A stretch of 64,000 bases of DNA, from positions 5,587,050 through 5,651,049 of the forward strand of contig JAHRHZ010000061.1 of NCBI GenBank assembly GCA_024137785.1, in the 5' to 3' direction. Shown here in pieces: positions 37,661-50,930 of the stretch. This DNA comes from Ginglymostoma cirratum. Its lineage: Eukaryota. The notes beneath the pieces are model-generated. The model had not been told where the DNA came from and searched no databases. It saw nothing but the letters and a program-made list of their open reading frames with translations. The translations under genes were made by a program, and so were the position numbers. Every line of letters starts with the position of its first letter. Position 1 is the first letter of the stretch.

Positions 37661-39379
37661 TCTCTTGTACAATGCAATCTCTTTCACTTCATTAATATGG
37701 CACTTCACATCTATTACCTGTGTGTTTTCTGCATGGAAGATTAGTGTCTAAATAAAAATTGTGTGACCATCACATTCCAGATATTGTATGCTGTTACAGA
37801 TGGAAAATAATTGTGCAAAAAACAGAATGAAAGGCAGACATTTCAGACTGGGGTTCTCTGACCTGGAGCCTGAAATCTATAAGTAGTGACTGGGGCCACT
37901 TGAGCATTTGCTTTAATGTGACAGGTCACATTTACAACAAATACCAATGACCTTGTCCCAGATTGTGAACAAGCAAAATCAATAATATGAAAATTTTGCC
38001 AGCCAAATCATTGCAATCAAAAATGAGCAGGAGTGATTTGGCTTGGTGTGTGTGTGGTTGTGGTGAGGTGCGAGTAGCTGGTGGTACGTTGGCCTGTTAG
38101 ATAATGGTACGTAGGGTTCTGTAAACTTTGAGGTAAATTAGAACCTGACTCATTCTTTATCTCCTGAGCTGGTGGTTGACAAGCCAACAGTTGTACAGGG
38201 AGTGAAAAGGAAGTTGAATTATTTTACCTACTAGTTGACTGAAACATTGGTTTACAATGAACTGATCAGAAAGTTGGATCATGAGACCACAGTGACAAGT
38301 ATTATAGATTTGTACGTATACACGTGCAATGAGGACTCATTAATACTGACACAATATAAAATAGACCTGTAATTTCTTAATAAATTTCAAGTTGAATTTT
38401 TGTTGACATTATTTTGCTGTGTAGTATATATTAAATTAGTGGAAGCTAGATCATGTAGCCTCTTTTTAATTTGTAACATTGGATCAGATACTAAGCCATT
38501 TGGCTCTTTGAGATTATTGAATATGTCAAAATTTAGGAGTTTACGTTGTGTTTAGTATGACAAAGATTGTAACAAAAACAAACTTATTACTTGTTCCTTT
38601 AAGCATTCTCACTCTTACTTTGCAGTTAGAAATAAATTTTACTCAAACTTTCTCCAGAAGAGAATCATCAATGGGATGAAATAAATCTTCGATCGAGTCA
38701 ATCGGATAGGGAAGAGCGATTAAAAGGCTTTGAGTAACCAGATACGGTAGAGAGGTATTGAGGAACGCATGAAATACCTGCAGGCTGACAGGTTGCTCTA
38801 TTCGTCAACTGATCAAAGCTGAACAACACATTGTCACATTTCACTTAGCTTGGGACATTTCCAGCACTGACTGTAGCTGATGTTGGTGAGTTAATCAAGT
38901 GCTTTGTTTCTAGTATTGCTTCAGATTGCTCAGGCTGTACTTGGCATATAGGATGGTGGGGAATATGTTAACCCAGCATATGAGATAATGCCATTCTTCA
39001 GTGACAAATTACAAGTTTCAGTCTGTACTTGGCATCTAAGTTGGCCATTAACTTTCAACAGTTTTAGTCAGTGAGTCCCATATGGTTTCTTAAGTACCTT
39101 ATTAACCTGTCCTGTTGCCTTTAGGGGTCTGTGGACAAGTACTGCAAGATCTCACATTGGATAGTTAAGGTATGGAATGCACTGCCCGGAAATGTGTTGC
39201 AGGCAGGTTGACATGAGGCCTTCAAGATGACACTGAATAACTAACGCAGCACAAATAATTTATAAGGGTGTGGGATGGGGTGAACCTGGAGACTGACAAA
39301 AGGTAATGAGACTCTTGAACAGCCAGTACGGTTGTGATGGGCCTTCTCTGCTGTATGACTTCTGTGGTTGGTTGTCAGG

Positions 39380-40800
39380 TCGTAATTGTTGCAGAAGCAG
39401 GGAGGAATGAGACGACAGAGGAATTTCGGGCACAAAAATGAGAATGTTGAAATTAAGGCATTGCTTAATGGAAGCCACTATAGATCAAAGAACATGAACA
39501 TTATTTGTGATTTAAGAAAAGAGCAGCTGAGTTTTGGATGGCCTTACATTTACATGGGGTTGAATGGCAAAAGTGCATTGCAATAGTCAAGAGTTAACAA
39601 CGGCATGAATAAGGGTTTCAGCAGCTGATGAACTGAGATAGACACCAAGTTGGGCGATGTTATGGGGATAGAAATAGGCAGTTCTTAGTGATGGTAAGAA
39701 CATATGGTTAGGTTCAATTTGGGATCACTGACACTAAGGTTGCTTTGAGTTTCAGGCTATTATCCTGGAGATAGATTGAGCAAATAACTGGAGAACTGAG
39801 TTTGGAGCCAAGACTGAAGACAATAGCATATAGACCTTTCCAATATTTAATTGGATGAAACCTCTGCTCATCAAGTGCTGGATGTTGGAAAGGTGCTTGA
39901 TAATGTAGAGGCTGTGCAGGAGTCAAGAGGGATGCTGGTGCTGTTGTCAACTTACAGTTGAAAGCTGACCTTGTATTTCCAGATGATACCAACAAAGGCA
40001 GCACGAAGATGAGAAATTGATGGGGACCCAAGGACCGATATTTGGGAGACCCCAGAGATTACAGCGTGGGTGTTGAAAGATAAGCTATTGCTGTAGTTGG
40101 ATAGATAGAACCAGATGAGTGTATCCCATTCCTCTGAAAACCAGTGAGTAACTGTTACACAGAATTGCGCAGGACTGGGACAGGATAGTGTAGCAGTCAG
40201 GTCGAGGAAGACGAGGCAGTGTAATTCACTGCTGTCATAGTCACATGGGTGTCACTTTATGAATTGGAGAACTGTTCCAGTGCTGTGTCAAGGCAGAAAC
40301 CTGAGTTTTGGGAAAAACGGGTGTGCAATTTGGAAGCTTCAACACATTCAAGGGTTTTGCAGAGGACAGGGAGGGAGTTCGGAGAGGTTACAAGGACAAG
40401 GGTACATGATTTTTTTAGGAGGAGAGTAATAATATCAGCTGGCATGGGAGTGAGGAGGAAGTTGGGTGGCCAGTTTAGTGGGAATAATGTCAAGGAAGCA
40501 GGAACAATGTCTTATTGATATGGTGAGCTCAAAGAAGACTTGAGGGGAGATGAGAGAAAGAGGTTTAAGGAAAAAAACAAAAGTTCAAGGTAAGGGAAGG
40601 AGGGGAACCTCATCAGAAAAAGTTTGGTCAGGTGGTTTGGGAGAGAAAGTGAAGTGGCTGAGGCATCTGATCAGATTGGCATCACAGTTGAGACAAAGAC
40701 ATCCATGTCTTTGCACTTGTTCATCAAGATGAGAGTATTGTGGCTTACAATGGAGAAAAGAAACCAAAGGTTATCTTGGCATTTGAAGATGATCCTGGAG
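39380..40800 (-). mobile_element. L2-like LINE fragment, highly decayed
   Basis: gcattgcaatagtcaagag (reverse of SRLDYCNAL), ggtccccatcaatttctcatcttc (LGP..FLI), purine-rich L2-type antisense sequence. Confidence 0.6.
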
Positions 40801-41729
40801 TAGAGTGGTTTCAGGTGTGTTCACCAAATAGTTAAGTAACAAATTTCTGAAAATCACAACCATTCAGCTTTTTTTCTAACTATAAAGGTGCTCCTTACCT
40901 TAATACTTAAATTCAATGCAGAAACATTGAAGTGTAATCATGCACAGATACATCAGCCTTTTTGATGTTTAAGTCTTACATATTTAAGTGCTCAGAACTT
41001 TATAAAACAGCTCAGTGCATTTGCTCTTGCAAATCTTTTTTATGAAAACGCTACTGATTTTGAAAGCAAATTTAAATACAACCTAAAATGGGGAAAAAAA
41101 TTACTTTTTCTCTTTAGAACCAACTTATATATGATACATCTTGTAAATCAGTATACTTCTCTAGCTTAGGGGATTTTTGTTTGGTTCCCAGCTTAACTCG
41201 ATCCATTATTTTTAATCGCATTTACCATTCAGCTAAGTGGTTAACAGTTGTATCTAATAACGGAGAAGTGACATTAATGTTTTGCAGAATTGTTTAGCTC
41301 TAAAATGATTTCACAATGTACTGAAATGGACATGTGTCCATCTTAATGTACAGGTTGTGCATACTGCGGGTTATGATGGTTGCAGTTCAGAAAATGTACT
41401 ATTGTTTTTGATGTTTTGGTTGATATCATGGAGCTAGTTGAGTCAGTTTTGGGTTGAGATTTTAAAAACCTGTCTTACATTTATACAGTCAAAGCACAAT
41501 CCTGCATGTGTTGCAAATCAGTGATAAAACAGAATGCATCAGTTTAGGTAGCATCTTTGTAGAGAGGGTACATCTGTGCATTTATACAGTACCTTGCATA
41601 ACTTGACATCACAAAACACCTTGCAGTTAATGAAGTATTCCTGCTATGTAATTTGGTCTGGGCATTTGCAAGTTTCACTTACTCTGGAAATATTATGCTT
41701 GGCAAATTATGAAAGCAGAAAATTTACAG

Positions 41730-41885
41730 CAATTTCTGATTTTATTTCTAATTTCCAGCATCTGCAACAAAATCAGAAATTGCTGGGAAAAAACTCAGCA
41801 GATCCGACAGCGTCTGTGGAGAGAAAGCAGAGTTAACATTTCATGTCCAGCGACCCTTCTTCAGAACAGATCTGCAACATCTTGC
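41730..41885 (-). mobile_element. Penelope pLTR fragment with hammerhead-like core
   Basis: Minus strand GTT-CTGAAGA-A-GGGTC-gctg-GACAT-GAAAT-GTT-AAC (~41832-41867). Confidence 0.7.
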
Positions 41886-41910
41886 TTTTAGGTCCGTCTG
41901 GAGTTTGTTG

Positions 41911-42141
41911 TGACCTGTAGGTGCTGGTATTGGACTGGGGCTGACAAGGTCAAAAATCACGTGACACCAGGTTATCGTCCAACCGGTTTATTTGAAAACA
42001 CTAGCTGTTGGAGCTCTGCTCCTTCCTCAGGTGTAGTAGGTGTAGTGTGCGCGACACCTGAGAAAGGAGCAGAGCTACGAAAGCTAGTGTTTTCAAATAA
42101 ACCTGTTGGACAATAACCTGGTGTCGTGTGATTTTTGACCA
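41911..42141. mobile_element. Penelope pLTR-derived fold-back element (third subfamily) with 12-bp TSD
   Basis: Arms ~41948-42034 and ~42054-42140 are inverted; TSD tggagtttgttg at 41899-41910 and 42142-42153. Confidence 0.85.
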
Positions 42142-43372
42142 TGGAGTTTGTTGGATGTGGCAAGCGTGGGCTCGTGGTGCGTGGTTGTTAAAGCTTTCAT
42201 TGAGTTCAGTATGCCCGTTGCACTTTAATGGAGTATGTTAGACTGAGTCTCATTAAGTCTCATAACCTGCAGTGACTTAGAAGGAACTGATGTGCACTCG
42301 TGATGTGAGAATCTTAGAGAAAGGAGTGTGGGGGGTGCCTAGTGTAAGGGAGTGTTCTTATAACTGTAAATATGTTAAAATAAAATTGTGTTTTACAGCC
42401 AGCAGTCTCTGAGAATTATTTGAAACTGTTCCAACCTGACACAAATAGTTTCAGCAGCTGAGTAGCAAATAATTCTGAATGTGCAATCATAAGCAGGCAT
42501 CCCCACTTCTGACCTGAAGATGGGGGACAAGGTCAAACCCAAATACTTAATTTGCTTACAGCACAGTAAGACCAGTCTTGGAAACAATCAAATCTGTGTA
42601 TGCAGCATGGCACACACGTTGCTGGGTTCATTTTGTGGAAAGGCGCCAATCTCTCTCTCATTTGCTGCAGTAGTGCATCAAGATTATTCTGTTCCATTAT
42701 TGTATGTTTTCAGTTGAATCTTGGTGTGGACATGAGCATGCAACTCCATTAGATCCTTGGGCTTAAACACATCCTTTACACAGCTACTTGTGAGCTTTCA
42801 CTGGATATGGAAGTTCTTGGGTGAGAATGTGTGTAATAGTCACTTAAGTGAAATGATATAAATGTCAGTTCAATAGAGTAAGAGACTTCAAATTAGCATT
42901 TGTTTTGGGAGTATAATATTTTAAAAGCAGAAATATTAAATTTGATTAGAAATGACCTGAGGTTGGCTCCACCCTTCTCCAACTGTGACACTGTATCTAG
43001 GCAAAGAGAATTTTTGTTCTGGGACGTAGTCCCTGATTGAGACCATCACTAGAATCAGTTTTAGGAAATTTTAGATGCAAAAGCACAACTCTTTGAATTT
43101 TGCCTCATAAACTAGATGGAACATGTTCAAGTGAAAAATCAAAGCAATAACACAAGGGTAGTAGTAACTAATATGCTGTGTATCAGGAGTTTAAATCTGA
43201 TCACTTTGAGACTTCAGTCTCTCTGGATATGGAAGCTTTCTCAAGCGACTGAAGCTTCAAAAGCTGATAAAGTTTCACTGAGTTGCTTGTTTGGAGGAAA
43301 GCAAGATTGAAATAATAATAACCTGCACTCCCTGGAGAAGTTACTGTTGAGCTGCCTCCTTGAATCTTTGCA

Positions 43373-46300
43373 ATTTGTTTTCACTGAATTCAATAAAAAT
43401 AAAATCTGGAATTATGAATCTACCTATCACCGTGAAATCATTGTTGATGGTCAGATAAACCTACGCTAATGCCTACCCTCACCTGGCCTGTCTTACATGT
43501 GACTCCAGACCCACAGCAATGTGGTTGACTCTCAGTTGCCTTCTGAAATGGCCTAGCAAGCCACTCAGTTGTATCAATCGTGACAAAGTCTCAGAAATGA
43601 AACCAGATGGATCACCTGGCATTGACCTAGGTACCAGAAAAGACAAGGCAGAGTCTTCCTCACTAACATCTGGGGGTTAGTGCCAAAATTGGGAGAGCTG
43701 TCTCACAGACTAGTTAAGCAGCAGCCTAACATAACTATACTCACAGAATCATACCTTACAGACAATGTCCCAGACACCACCATCCCCATGACAGACAAAA
43801 ATACTGCAGATGCTGGAATCCAAGGTAGACAAACAAGAGGCTGGAAGAACACAGCAGGCCATACAGCATTTGGAGAAAAGGAGAAGTCAAGGTTTAACCC
43901 TTCTTCACCATCACCAACCCTGGATATGTCCTGTCTCACCAGCAGGACAGACCCAGCAGAGGGGGCAGCACAGTGGTATACAGTCAGGAGGGAGTTGCTC
44001 TGGGAGTCCTCAACATTGACTCCGGACCCCATGAAGTCTCGTGGCTTCAGGTTAAACATGAGCAAGGAAACCTCCTGCTGATTACCACATACCGTCCTCC
44101 CTCAGCTGATGAATCAGTACTCCTCAGTGTTGAAGAACACTCGGAGGAAGTACCGAGGATGGCAAGGGCACAAAATGTACTCTGGGTGGGGGATTTCAAT
44201 GTCTACCACCAAGAGTGAGTCGGCAGGAGTATTACTGATCGAGCTGGTCGGGTCGTAAAGGACATAGCTGCTAGACTGGGTCTGTGGCAGGTGGTGAGGG
44301 GAAAAACATACTTGACCTCATCCTTACCAATCTGCCAGCTGCAGTTGCATCTGTCCATGACAGCATCGGTAAGAGTGACCATTGCACAGTCCTCATGGAG
44401 ACGCAGTCCTGCCTTCATATTGAGAATATCCTCCATTGTATTGTGTGCCACCATCACTGTGTTAAATGGGACAGACTTCGCACAGATCTAGCAAGTCAAG
44501 ACTGGGCATCCATGAGGCACTGTGGGCCATCAACAGCAGCAAAGTTGTACTCCAGCACAATCTGTAACCTCATGGCCCAGCATATCCCTCACTCAACCAT
44601 TACTCAAGCCAGGGGATCAACCCTGGTTCAATGAATAGTGCAGGAGGACATGCCAGGAGCAGCCCCAGGCATACCTGAAGATGAGGCGTCAATCTGGTGA
44701 AGCCACCAAACAGGACTACTTGCACACCAAACAGCATAAGCAGCAAGTGATAGACAGAGCTAAGTGACCCCACAACTAACAGATCAGATCTAAACTCTGC
44801 AGTCCTGCTACATCCAGTAGTGAATGGTGGTGGACAATTAAACAACTCCCCGGAGGAGGAGACTCCACAAATATTCCTATCCTCAATGATGGAAGAGCCC
44901 AGCACATCAGTGCAAAAGATAAGCCAGAAGTGCCAATTGGATGATCCATCTCGGCCTCCTCCAGTGGTCCCTAGCAATACAGATACCAGTCTTCAGCCAA
45001 TTCAGTTCACTCTGCGTGATATCAATAAACAGTTAGAGACACTGGATACTGCAAAGGATACAGGCCCTGACAACATTCTGACAATAGTACTGAAGACATG
45101 TGCTCCAGACCTTGCCACTCCCCTAGCCAAGCTGTTCCAGTACAGCTACAACACTGGTATCTACCCGGCAATGTGGAAAATTGTCCAAGTATGTGCTGTA
45201 CATAAAAAAGCAGGACAAATCCAACCCGGCCAGTTACCGCCCCATCAGTCTCCTCTCGGTCATCAGTAAAGTGATGGAAGGTGTCATCAACAGTGCTATC
45301 AAGCAGCACCTGCTCAGTGACAAGCAGTCTGGGTTCCGGCAGGGGCATTCAGTTCCTGACCTCATTACAGCCTTGATCCAAGCATGGACAAAAGAGCTGA
45401 ATTCAAGAGATGAGCAGAGAGTGACAGCCCATGACATCAAGGCTGTATTCAACAGAGTGTGGCACCTGGAGCCTTAGGAAAACAGGAATAAATGGGTATT
45501 GGGGGCAAACTCTCTGGTGGTTGGAGTCATACCTAACACATATGAAGATGGTCATGGTTGTTGCAGGTCTATCATCTCAGCTCCAGGACATCTCTGCAGA
45601 AGTTCCTCAGGGTAGTGTTCTCGGCCCAACCATCTTCATTAATGGACCCCCCCCAAAAAAAAAATCATAAAGGCAGAAGTGGGGATGTTCACCGATGATT
45701 GCGCAGTGTTCAGTCATTCATGACTCGTCAGATACTGAAGCAGTCCATTTTGCAAGGCAACAAAATCTGGACAATATCCAGGCTTGGGCTGACAAGTGGC
45801 AAGTGACATTTGCACTACACAAATGCCAGGCAATGACCATTATGAATGAGAGACAATCTAACCACTGCCCCTAGGCATTCAATGGTGTTACCATTTCTGA
45901 ATCCCCCACTGTCAACATCCTGGGGGCTATAATTGACCAGAAACTCACCACATTAACAAAGTGGCTACAAGAACAGGCCTGAAGCTGGGAATGCTGTGGA
46001 GAGGAACTCCGCTCGTGACTCCTCACGGCCTGTCCACCATCTACAAGGCACAAGTCAGGAGTGTGATGGAACACTCCCCACTTGCCTGGATGAGTGCAGC
46101 CCCAACAACTCTCAAGAAGCTTCACACCATCCAGGACTAAGCAGCCCACTTTATTGGCACTACATCTACCAGCATTCACTCCCTCCACCACCAACACTCA
46201 GTAGCAGCAGTGTGTACTATCTACAAGATGCACTGCAGAAATTCACAAAAGGTCCTCAGACAACACCTTCCAAACCCTCGACCACTTCCATCTAGAAGGA

Positions 46301-46574
46301 CAAGGACGGCAGATATATGGGAACACCACTACCTTCAAGTTTCACTCCAAGCCACTCATCATCCTGACTTGGAAATATGTCGCTGTTCCTTCACTGTCGC
46401 TGGCTCAAAAACCTGGAATTCCCTCCCCTATGGCATTGTGGGTCAACCAGCAGCAGGAGGAATGCAGCAGTTCAAGAAGGCAGCTCACACCACCACCTTT
46501 TAAAGGGCAGCTAGGGATGGGCATGAAATGCTGGCCAGCCAGCGATGCTTACATCCCATAAATGAATAAAAAAA
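43373..46574 (+). mobile_element. near full-length single-ORF CR1/Zenon-like LINE (APE + RT), frameshifted; 10-bp TSD
   Basis: NIWGLVPKLGEL..LTESYL, TTYRPP, GDFNV, LDLILTN, SDH, GPDNI, YRPISLLS, GFRQGHS, DIKAVFNRVWH, VPQGSVLGPTIF, FTDD; A-rich tail; TSD aatctttgca at 43363-43372 and 46575-46584. Confidence 0.9.
43790..43905 (-). mobile_element. Penelope pLTR fragment nested in the LINE APE region
   Basis: actgcagatgctggaatc..aagaacacagcaggcc..acccttcttca, flanked by caccatc(c/a)cca. Confidence 0.65.
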
Positions 46575-46584
46575 AATCTTTGCA

Positions 46585-47270
46585 GCTGTAGGAACATCCA
46601 GTGCTGTTAGGAAAGTTAGGTCCTGTAGTTGGACCAATTGGCAATGAAGGAATGATGATACAGTTCCATGTTAGCATGGTGTATGACTTAGAGGGGAACT
46701 TGAAGGTGTTAATGTTCACGTGCATCTAATGTCCTTGTCAGAGGTGATAGTATGAGCTATGTGAACTGGGGACCACTATCAAAGGAATGTCACTGTATTA
46801 TTGCATGAATCTTGGAGATGGTACACATTGCTGCCAGTGTGCCTCAGTGATGAAGGGAGTGAGTGTTGAAAGTTTTGGATGAGGTGCCAGTCAAGCGAGG
46901 TGTTTTGTTCTGGATAATGTCAAACTCCTGGAGTATTGATGTACTGTATTGTACTCCTAACTTGTAATGCCTTGTAGATGGTGGACAGGCAAGGAAGGGG
47001 CAGGAGCTGAGTTACCATCGGCAGAATTCCGAGTTTTTGACCTGCATTTTTAGCCAGAGTATTTAAATAGCTATCCCATTTCACTTTCTGGTGAAAGGTA
47101 ATCCTCAGGATGTTTCCCGTAGGGGTTTGTTGAGGATAGTGCCATTGTACATCGTGCGTCAAGTTTAGATTCTCTCTTGCTGGAGATGCTCAGTGTCTGC
47201 CATGTGGCGCAAATGTTACTTGCCATTTCTCAGCCTGTTCTTGAATGTTGCCTGGGTCTTACTGTATGTT
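46585..47270 (-). mobile_element. older antisense copy of the same CR1/Zenon-like LINE (host of the 43373 insertion; continues at 43330-43362)
   Basis: ORF 46920-47162 (NILRITFHQKVKWDSYLNTLAKNAGQKLGIL..LSTIYKA). Confidence 0.75.
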
Positions 47271-47293
47271 GACGCAGAGATATGAGCGGATAC

Positions 47294-47602
47294 AGTGGTG
47301 TAGTGGCAATGTCACTGGACTAGTAATCCAGAACCCAAGACCAATCGTTGGAGGACATGAGTTCAAATCCCACCAAGGTAGATGGTGAAATTTGGATGAA
47401 AATCAGGAAAGAAAAATCTAGTCTAATAGTGACCATTGTTGATTGTTTATGAAAGGCCATCTGTTTTACTAATGTGATTTTAGGGGAGGAAATCTGCCAT
47501 CTTTTCCTGGTCTGGCCTACCTGTGATTCCAGATCCACAGCAATATTATTGACACTTAACTGCCCTCTGGGCAATTAAGGATGGGCAACAAATGCTGGCA
47601 AA
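47294..47602 (+). mobile_element. tRNA-headed bipartite SINE (LINE 5'UTR + LINE 3' tail)
   Basis: A-box tggtgtagtgg, CTGGA-CTAGTAA-TCCAG arm, B-box gagttcaaatccc; body tggtctggcctacctgtgattccaga; fused to gggcaattaaggatgggcaacaaatgctggc. Confidence 0.8.
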
Positions 47603-48279
47603 AAACCTCTGGGTACATCTTCACAGAAAGTAGTGCAATGACATATGATCTGTCTGTCTGTTGCATCCTTGTGGCAAGATGAAGCTATAGAATAATGTTT
47701 CTTTAATGGAGTTAATTGGGCCCTTATCCTAGCAGACTCTGTAAATGTTCCATTATAACATCAATATGGCTTTAGAACAGAGTTTCAATGAGTTTTCTAA
47801 AACTTTGTGAATTATCAATAAATGATTTTTTTTGCCAAATGTGTTCTCGTTTGGCAAATTTGGTTCTGATTGATGGAGAGACGTATTTTATTCTTGGGTC
47901 ACTCTCGGCTGGCCACAGATTGGAAAAGCTCCTATTGGGACTTTTTTAAGAATTTATTATTGACAGCATTGGGCTTAGAGGGCTGTGGACAGACACTGAG
48001 TGTCCTGAGGCAGACTGCTATTTTGAATAGCTTTTGTGGCTTTTTATGTCTCTGAACAGTAGTAGTTTCTCAGGAAAAATACAGGTCAATGGAGGGGGAG
48101 CTGATAGCACCCAATAATAGGCCAGCTTGTTTTTGCAGAGCCTAGAACAACAGTTGAAAAATGTAAAAGTTTATTTGTTAGGCTTCTCTTTGACCGGTCC
48201 ACTAGCTGCAGCGGTGACCAACGTAGACGGGAAGCAATAGTTAGTTCATCTGCAGCAGAAACACTCATCTGTGATCTCC

Positions 48280-48800
48280 AGATCTACCCATTCCCTGACC
48301 AGCCTTCTGTTTTACCCTCTGCGCTTTTGTTCCCATTTAAAATCTCTGCCCTTTTTGGTTTACTTGCACCAAATCCTGTCTCCCCATTTCCCCCTGTGCT
48401 CCCTGACATTTATTGATCCTCGGTTTGTCATGATTGCATTTTAGAAGTTTCATCCTTGTGTTCATGGCCCCGTCCTGCCTCAGGAATAACCTCAGCCAGC
48501 ATTATAAATGAAATCTTTGGTAATCCTCCAAATTTTTGCACAGTCCTGATTTTGTCATGCCACCATTGACAGCTGAAACTTCATCTGCTAGGCCTGAACT
48601 CTGGAATTCCATTCCCCATCACTACCCATAATCACTCAATCATTTTCTCTCCCTCCTCTAAGTCGCAGCTTAAAATGTAGGCCTTTGATCTAGCTTTTGT
48701 TCATGTGGTCTAATGTCTCTTTACTTAGCTTGGTGTCCAATGTCATTGGATAACTGCTCTTAGGACATTTTGAGATTAATGACCAAATATTAATCAACTT
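48280..48800 (+). mobile_element. L2 3' fragment
   Basis: ctctggaattcc..ttaaaa..ctttgatctagcttttg L2-type tail pattern. Confidence 0.5.
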
Positions 48801-49923
48801 GTTGTTGATTTGTCACTGGTCAGAAACCAGAGAAAGTGAATTGGCTGCCTGTTTTGCAACCTGCACATTTTTATTTTTACCTTCTCAATTCTTATCAAAA
48901 GGGGAGAAAAGGTTTCCTTAAACATACTACGAGGAGTGCGTACAGTTCATCCTCAAGCCAGCATTGTTCTAAAATGGCGATCAGATGTTTTCTTCTGGGT
49001 AAACACATGTTTAGTCCTTTGACTCATATGTTTCAGGTTAAGAACATGGGGAGGAAGAAGTATCTGCCTTAAGCATCATTCCAGCTGGAGCGCACCCAGC
49101 TGCAACAACAACATATTAGAATTTATCAGGATAAAATGTCTGGTTGAGTGTGGTAGTGCCATTAAACACTTGCACATAACCACAAAAACTTACTGAAGGT
49201 CTCTTTGTACCTTTATTAAATATATATTGAATACACTGTGACTATTATGTTCTAAGAAAGTGTCAACCAGTCCTCAACTCACGCAATCAGGCTTATGATT
49301 TGATTATCCTCAAAGAGCTGTTGGCAGAAAAGCATCTGCTTGAGAAGACCCTGCTCTCTCCAGAAACATCTGGCACTTTATTGTCTGTTTACAGCTGGTC
49401 TGATCGGTGCCGTGATTTCAAGCTGTAGGTAATGCATTTAACGTCAAATAATTATTTTGGGCTCATCATTCAAAATAAAAAAAAAAGGGAGCCCATTAAA
49501 TAGTTTACCCAGTGACCTTACAAAGGATAATAAGGCAATTCATCTAAGAATGTAGATAGCGTTAATTACTGTTGGATTTGTATATTCTGAGGTTTTCAAC
49601 AGCAGGATCAAGGCGTTTGGATCACTTACTCCCCCCTTGTAGGTAGGAATTGTTAGATGAGAACGATGCCAAGCTTCGTCTTGTTTGCTTTCCACCACCT
49701 TGGCTGTTGCATGGTAAAATTTTGTTGAAGTAATTAACAGTCATCGGAATTGATCTTAAGCCATCTGTTTACAACAGGCCCGGACATGGTATGAAGAAAA
49801 CCAGAATGGTAAAGTATTCCGGGAACTGTAGGAGTCAGCTGTTCCTCCCGAGCATGCTGCAGTTAGCATGTCGTGTCTCCATTTATTCAATGTATCCCAA
49901 AGAGTTATTTCTTGGAAAAACAT

Positions 49924-50930
49924 TAAGACCATAAGATATAGGAGCAGGTGCAGTCCATTCGGCTCATCAAGCTTGATTCATCATTCATTATGTTAATGGC
50001 TGATCTTGTACCTTGGCAATTCCTCCCCATGCTACGCCCTCAATTCTGGATTCCCTTTTATCCCAAAATCTATTAAAGTGTCTTAAATGTACTCAATAAC
50101 GGAGTTGCCAGTGCTATCTCAGGCATATAATTCCATATATTCACAACCCTTTGAAAGAAGATATTTATCCTCCTCTTGATCTTAAATGACTGACTGGTAA
50201 TTCTAAGACTGACCCCTTGTTCTCGATTCCCAACACAGGGGAATTAGCCTGCCACCAAGCTCAAATCCTTGAAGAATTGTGTACGTTTCAATAAGATCAC
50301 TCTCTAGCATTCAGAAAAATACAGAAAGTTTACCCTGTTCAAGTTCTCCTCCTATGCCAATTCACTCATTCACTCAATTCACTCATTCATCCAGAAATCA
50401 TTGATTGCCCTCTGTCTAAGAAATGTATATCCTTCCTTAGGTAAGGAGACTATATCTGTCTAATTTTCATTCGAATGAATCAATACTAATAACTGCCACT
50501 GGCATCCCCAGGGAGTCTGTTCACAGATTGATCATTTGCTCACTGAAATATCGTTTCTGCAGATTAGTTTTGAATTTACCTTGCTTCAGGCACAGGCCAT
50601 GTCCTTTAGTTCTACAGTTCTGGTCAATGTGAAACAGCTTTGCATGGTGTGTGTTGTCTAGTCCCTGTGGAGTCCTAAAAGCAGCGATTATATCACCTCG
50701 AAGCATAATTGCTCATCATAATCTAATCCTTCCGTCATCTCAATCGGTCTGGTTACTCCCTTCTGTGCTCTTTCAATGGCTGCTTTTATACCAGACTCCC
50801 AGAGCTCTGCACGGTATTCACAGTAAGACTGCGCTGATAACCTTGCAGTTTGTCAATTATTTTCCTATTGTATCTCGAAATTGCCCTTTTATTCCATCTC
50901 AGCATTTGTCTTGTTTTGCTCACTGCAGTT
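49924..50930 (-). mobile_element. CR1 fragments
   Basis: taagaccataagatataggagcag tail; ORF 50521-50706 LRGDIIAAF..RTKGH. Confidence 0.75.

Noticed and set aside
47294-47385. tRNA gene candidates (also 25814, 55115, 55860 and HE1 heads)
   Set aside because: They are SINE/LINE heads: degenerate acceptor stems, continuing into repeat bodies.
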